From assembly GCA_046583315.1 (NCBI GenBank), contig JAYGCN010000351.1, positions 1 through 19,323 of the forward strand: a stretch of 19,323 nt of DNA, written 5' to 3'. Shown piece after piece: positions 15,975 to 19,323 of the stretch. The DNA is from Candidatus Hydrogenedentota bacterium. Its GTDB lineage: Bacteria; Hydrogenedentota; Hydrogenedentia; Hydrogenedentales; GCA-2746185. The first letter of the stretch is position 1. Every line of letters starts with the position of its first letter. The position numbers and the translations under genes are program-made. The notes under the pieces are model-generated. The model had not been told where the DNA came from and made no database searches. It saw nothing but the letters and a program-made list of their open reading frames with translations.

Positions 15975-16850
15975 ATGAAGTCCATAAAAGTAATTATTGC
16001 GATAATCTTTGTTGTAGCATTGGTTATTATCGTCCTTGATAAGGATGGAGTATAGGAAGTCGATAGTGAAGATTTGATTGAGATTTATACGAGGGCAATC
16101 ACTCTTGATCCAGATGATCCTAATAATTATAAGCTCCGCGGAAACAACTATTATCATTCGAATCTCTTCGATGACGCACTAAGAGACTATGATGCGGCAA
16201 TCAGGCTCGATAAGAAGAATGAAATATTGTTTAACAGTCGAGGAAACACGCTACGTAAATTAGGTCGTAATAGTGAGGCACTCATCGACTTCAATACCGC
16301 CATCGAACTCGATCCCGAATTCGGCATCGCCTACAGTAATCGGGGTTCCATTTACGATACGCTTGAGAAATACGAAGATGCACTAATTGACCATACGAAA
16401 TCCATTGAACTTGATCCTCTTAATGAGGTGCCCCGCAATCTACGAGGGATAACGTACTTATCGTTACAGCGTTACAGTGAGGCCCTGATTGACTTTAATA
16501 ATGCGATAGAACTGAAACCCGGGTATGCCGCAGCTTTTAGCAATCGTGGCTTCACGAACATGTCCCTCGGCCTTCAGGGCGAGGCCGTCGCGGATCTTTC
16601 AACTGCAATTGGACTAGGCTCAGGTGAACGGTAGGACTATGTTGTTAGGGGAAGTATTTATGTTCTTCAAGCGCGTTACGAAGAAGCATTGGCAGATTTC
16701 GATAAGGTACTTGAATCTGCTCCAGACTCGAAGACTTACCACATGCGTGCGAGGTTGTATCGGATTCTAGGTGACGATGAAAAAGCGAAATCGGATATGA
16801 AGCGTGCCTTGGAGCTCGGATACGCGCCGCCCACGGATGCGGAAGAATAA
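15975..16850 (+). pseudogene. Membrane-anchored TPR protein (291 codons) interrupted by two in-frame TAG codons; pseudogene or read-through gene
   Basis: ATG 15975 reads MKSIKVIIAIIFVVALVIIVLDKDGV-TAG(16053-55)-EVDSEDLIEIYTRAI..., then five 34-aa TPRs, then ER-TAG(16632-34)-DYVVRGSIYVLQARYEEALADFDKVLESAPDSKTYHMRARLYRILGDDEKAKSDMKRALELGYAPPTDAEE-TAA(16848-50). There is no frameshift. Confidence 0.8.
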
Positions 16851-16886
16851 TTATTCGTAGGTTTGGCTACGTTTATCCGCGGTTAA
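16851..16886 (-). repeat. Right arm: degenerate inverted copy of the 10-nt-unit repeat
   Basis: The reverse complement TTAACC-GCGGATAAAC-GTAGCCAAAC-CTACGAATAA aligns with the left arm (17 of the first 26 positions identical, same 10-nt AAC periodicity). Confidence 0.5.
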
Positions 16887-16971
16887 TACAGGCTGTTGTT
16901 GATTGGGTGCGGATTGGTGTAATGTGGAGACGTTAGTTTGTGAGTGTATTGAACAATCGGAGGGTTGCAAG

Positions 16972-18384
16972 ATGAGTAATGCAGAATTTTCGCGACGCGC
17001 GTTTTTGGCGGCGGCTACTGTGGCGACGACAGTGACGGTGTCGGTACAGAATAAGGTGAATGCGGCGAAAGTGGTGCCGGGCAAGATTTCGCCCAATGAG
17101 AAGCTGAATATCGCCGCGATTGGCACGGGCGGTAAAGGCGGCAGCGACACCAACGGGTGTAAAGAGGAAAATATCATCGCTGTGTGCGATGTCGACTGGG
17201 ACAGAGCTGAGCGCACGCTGAATTCTCCTCATTTCGAAGGCCGTGACTATGTAAAGTACACGGACTATCGCAACATGCTCGATGATCTCGGCGAGAAGAT
17301 CGACGCGGTTACGATCACCACACCCGACCACACGCACGCGCCTGCAGCCTACATGGCCATGAAAATGGGCATTCACTGTTACGTCCAGAAACCGCTGACC
17401 CATACCGTGGCCGAAGCGCGTCTCCTCAAAAACGTGGCCGCCGAAACAGGCGTCGTCACGCAAATGGGGAACCAGGGCCACTCCGGCGACGGCGTACGTC
17501 AGGTAACCGAAATGCTGGAGACCGGCGCGATCGGTCAGGTTCGCGAAGCACACGTATGGACGCATCGTCCGGTCTGGCGCAATCAGGGAATGGACAAACC
17601 ATTGCCGCCGATGCGTACTCCAGAGAATATGGATTGGGATCGCTGGATTGGTGCCGCGCAGTGGCGTCCCTATAACAAGCAGTTGGCTCCGCATGATTGG
17701 CGCGCGTGGCGGGATTTCGGTGGTGGCGCGTTGGGCGATATGGCGTGTCACATCATGGACCCCGTGTACATGAGTCTGAATCTGGTTGCGGCAACGGAGT
17801 ATACCGTTGAGGTGATCAAACAGGAAGGCGCGAACAAGGAAACCTTCCCGCTGTTGTCCACGATTAAATACAGCTTCCCGGCGCGTGGAAAGTTGGCCGC
17901 GATTGATGTCTATTGGTATGACGGTCACGTGCCCGATCCGAAAAACAAGCGCAAGGAAATTTACAACCGTCCGAATCGCCCGAAGGATATCCCGCTTGCG
18001 GACATCATGGGTGACGACAACAAGAACGGCTCGTTGCTTGTGGGTGATGACGGCTACATCACGATGGGTGAGTACGGCGGGAATCCGCGCCTGCTGCCGG
18101 ATGCGAAGATGGCGGACTACACGCGGCCCGATCCCTACATTAAACGTGTGCCGAATCAGAATCACTATCGCGACTGGCTCGCCGCGATTCACAATGGCAC
18201 GAAATCCGGCTCGGACTTCTCCTATGCGGGACCGTTCACCGAAATGGTCAACTTCGGGAACCTCGTCGTGGTCTCCGGCAAGAAGCTGAAGTGGGACAAC
18301 GTCAAGGGCGTCGTGAAAAATGTGAAGAATCCCGAGGAAATCGTCAGTAAAGAATACCGGAAAGGCTGGGAATTGCCTTGTTAG
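16972..18384 (+). CDS. Tat-exported Gfo/Idh/MocA family oxidoreductase
   Basis: GGAGG RBS before ATG 16972. Motifs SRRAFL (Tat), IGTGGKG, TTPDHTHA, QKPLTH, TQMGNQGHS, WRAWRDFGGGALGDMACHIMD and a terminal YRKGWEL. Confidence 0.93.
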   Translation: MSNAEFSRRAFLAAATVATTVTVSVQNKVNAAKVVPGKISPNEKLNIAAIGTGGKGGSDTNGCKEENIIAVCDVDWDRAERTLNSPHFEGRDYVKYTDYRNMLDDLGEKIDAVTITTPDHTHAPAAYMAMKMGIHCYVQKPLTHTVAEARLLKNVAAETGVVTQMGNQGHSGDGVRQVTEMLETGAIGQVREAHVWTHRPVWRNQGMDKPLPPMRTPENMDWDRWIGAAQWRPYNKQLAPHDWRAWRDFGGGALGDMACHIMDPVYMSLNLVAATEYTVEVIKQEGANKETFPLLSTIKYSFPARGKLAAIDVYWYDGHVPDPKNKRKEIYNRPNRPKDIPLADIMGDDNKNGSLLVGDDGYITMGEYGGNPRLLPDAKMADYTRPDPYIKRVPNQNHYRDWLAAIHNGTKSGSDFSYAGPFTEMVNFGNLVVVSGKKLKWDNVKGVVKNVKNPEEIVSKEYRKGWELPC

Positions 18385-18424
18385 GGTAATTTCTACCTGA
18401 TTCCACCGAAAATGAACATCTATT

Positions 18425-18460
18425 ACGGCACCTGAGTATGGTTCGGGTGTCGTTTTTTTT
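18425..18460 (+). terminator. Rho-independent terminator
   Basis: ACGGCACCTGA-gtatggt-TCGGGTGTCGT followed by a T run. Confidence 0.8.
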
Positions 18461-18501
18461 GGTTGCGCTAAGGCGCAAAGGGAGGGCGACGCTGCGCCAT
18501 C

Positions 18502-19266
18502 TTACTTATCGTGCTCCGCATTGTCCTCGATGCCTTCGGGCGGCTCAAAGACTGTATCGTCCACATCCCCGTTGATGGTCACCTTCTCAAAGCGCATTTC
18601 CAAGATCACTCGGCCCGCAAAGTCGTACATAAATTTTGAGGTCGCAGCTCCAGGCATTTGAACACCGCCGTGGCTAGCGTAATCATAAAAGGATAGCGCG
18701 GTTTCAACGTTCCCCTGGTTAGCAATCCAGTGCGCAAGCAACATACTTTCCCGATCGAGATAAAATTTAATTTCTTCCTCTCCCACAATCTGCACAACGT
18801 GGTAGGTTGTGCTTTCGAGCGTTTCGTCCGGTAGCAAGCGTATCGAATCGTTCCCTTTCTCGCGCCACACACTTGCAATCTCGCTCACATACAGTTGCGA
18901 CATGATAGCCTTCAGTAAGTCGCCCTCCAGTTCGGCCAACCCAAGCATCGAATGGTCCATCCACCCTGCAGTACCAATCAGTGTAGTGACCGTCGACATG
19001 GCGCCCGGAACCTCCCACTTTTGGCTGAATTTTTCACCAACGAAGAGTACGGCTTCGTATGGGCCCTCCATAGGAGTCGGGATACTTATAGAAGCTGAAC
19101 CGCTACGTTTGATTGTCTTGATCTTGTCGAGCGCCTCCATCCCGCCGAGCGCCTTGATGTGGGCGTTCATTATGGTTTCGACGCTCAGTTCCTGTGATTG
19201 CGCCGACGTACACAGCAGCCCGATAGCAATTGTGGTAGCGATTCCGAATGTAGTGAACTTCTTCAT
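18502..19266 (-). CDS. Exported hypothetical protein, LolA-like/outer-membrane-sorting-like beta fold
   Basis: AAGGAG RBS before ATG 19266 and signal peptide MKKFTTFGIATTIAIGLLCTSAQS. Pattern I...HIKALGG.EAL.KIKT...FYLDRES.LL...FYDY...GGVQMP...VTINGDVDDTVFEPP. Confidence 0.72.
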   Translation of the reverse strand: MKKFTTFGIATTIAIGLLCTSAQSQELSVETIMNAHIKALGGMEALDKIKTIKRSGSASISIPTPMEGPYEAVLFVGEKFSQKWEVPGAMSTVTTLIGTAGWMDHSMLGLAELEGDLLKAIMSQLYVSEIASVWREKGNDSIRLLPDETLESTTYHVVQIVGEEEIKFYLDRESMLLAHWIANQGNVETALSFYDYASHGGVQMPGAATSKFMYDFAGRVILEMRFEKVTINGDVDDTVFEPPEGIEDNAEHDK

Positions 19267-19323
19267 GACCGTTCTCCTTTTCATGAACCCACGCTGCGTG
19301 GAGGAAACAGTTTCCGGTGCTTG

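Noticed and set aside
15259..15985. 12-bp direct repeat AATGAAGTCCAT at 15259-15270 and 15974-15985 as a possible target-site duplication
   Set aside because: Several 12-mer matches are expected by chance in 19 kb, and the copies do not bracket the AT-rich segment.
16074..16850. TPR repeats as a diversity-generating retroelement target
   Set aside because: No near-identical template/variable repeat pair differing at adenines and no reverse transcriptase is visible in the window.
16933..18192. Long antisense ORFs (419 aa here; also 4282-5142, 8396-9076, 11508-12251)
   Set aside because: They lie opposite well-supported genes, have no motifs or RBS, and are typical shadows in GC-rich coding DNA.
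1036..18384. Genome-wide reassignment of TAG
   Set aside because: Several genes end in TAG exactly at their family-typical C-termini (SDR ...IRMAPK at 13781 followed by a terminator, Gfo/Idh/MocA ...GWELPC at 18384, HD-GYP at 7269 overlapping a convergent gene), so TAG is a normal stop here.

Overview
Bacterial chromosomal window, roughly 55% GC by eye, with lower-GC islets. The gene mix (Tat-exported Gfo/Idh/MocA oxidoreductases, a Planctomycete-style integrase, YfhO) suggests a PVC- or Hydrogenedentes-like organism, which is inference only. The left edge holds the N-terminal 234 codons of a tyrosine integrase (missed by the ORF track) just downstream of tRNA-Val(GAC), marking the boundary of an integrated element. 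Next come a YfhO-type membrane protein, a divergent ApbE flavin transferase, a Tat Gfo/Idh/MocA oxidoreductase, a YceI lipoprotein and a conserved hypothetical gene. A minus-strand block follows: pgsA-like, der, plsY, an unannotated 33-aa membrane peptide, an ABC binding protein and ATPase with no permease, and a degenerate HD-GYP protein. After that are an HSD10-type SDR, a KDSR-like SDR with an extra C-terminal domain, a small DUF3862-like protein, a second Tat Gfo/Idh/MocA and an exported hypothetical protein. The most unusual part is an AT-rich cassette at about 15705-16886. It is bounded by degenerate inverted 10-nt-unit repeats, flanked by mirror-image G/C skew, and carries a membrane-anchored TPR gene whose frame is intact except for two in-frame TAG codons.
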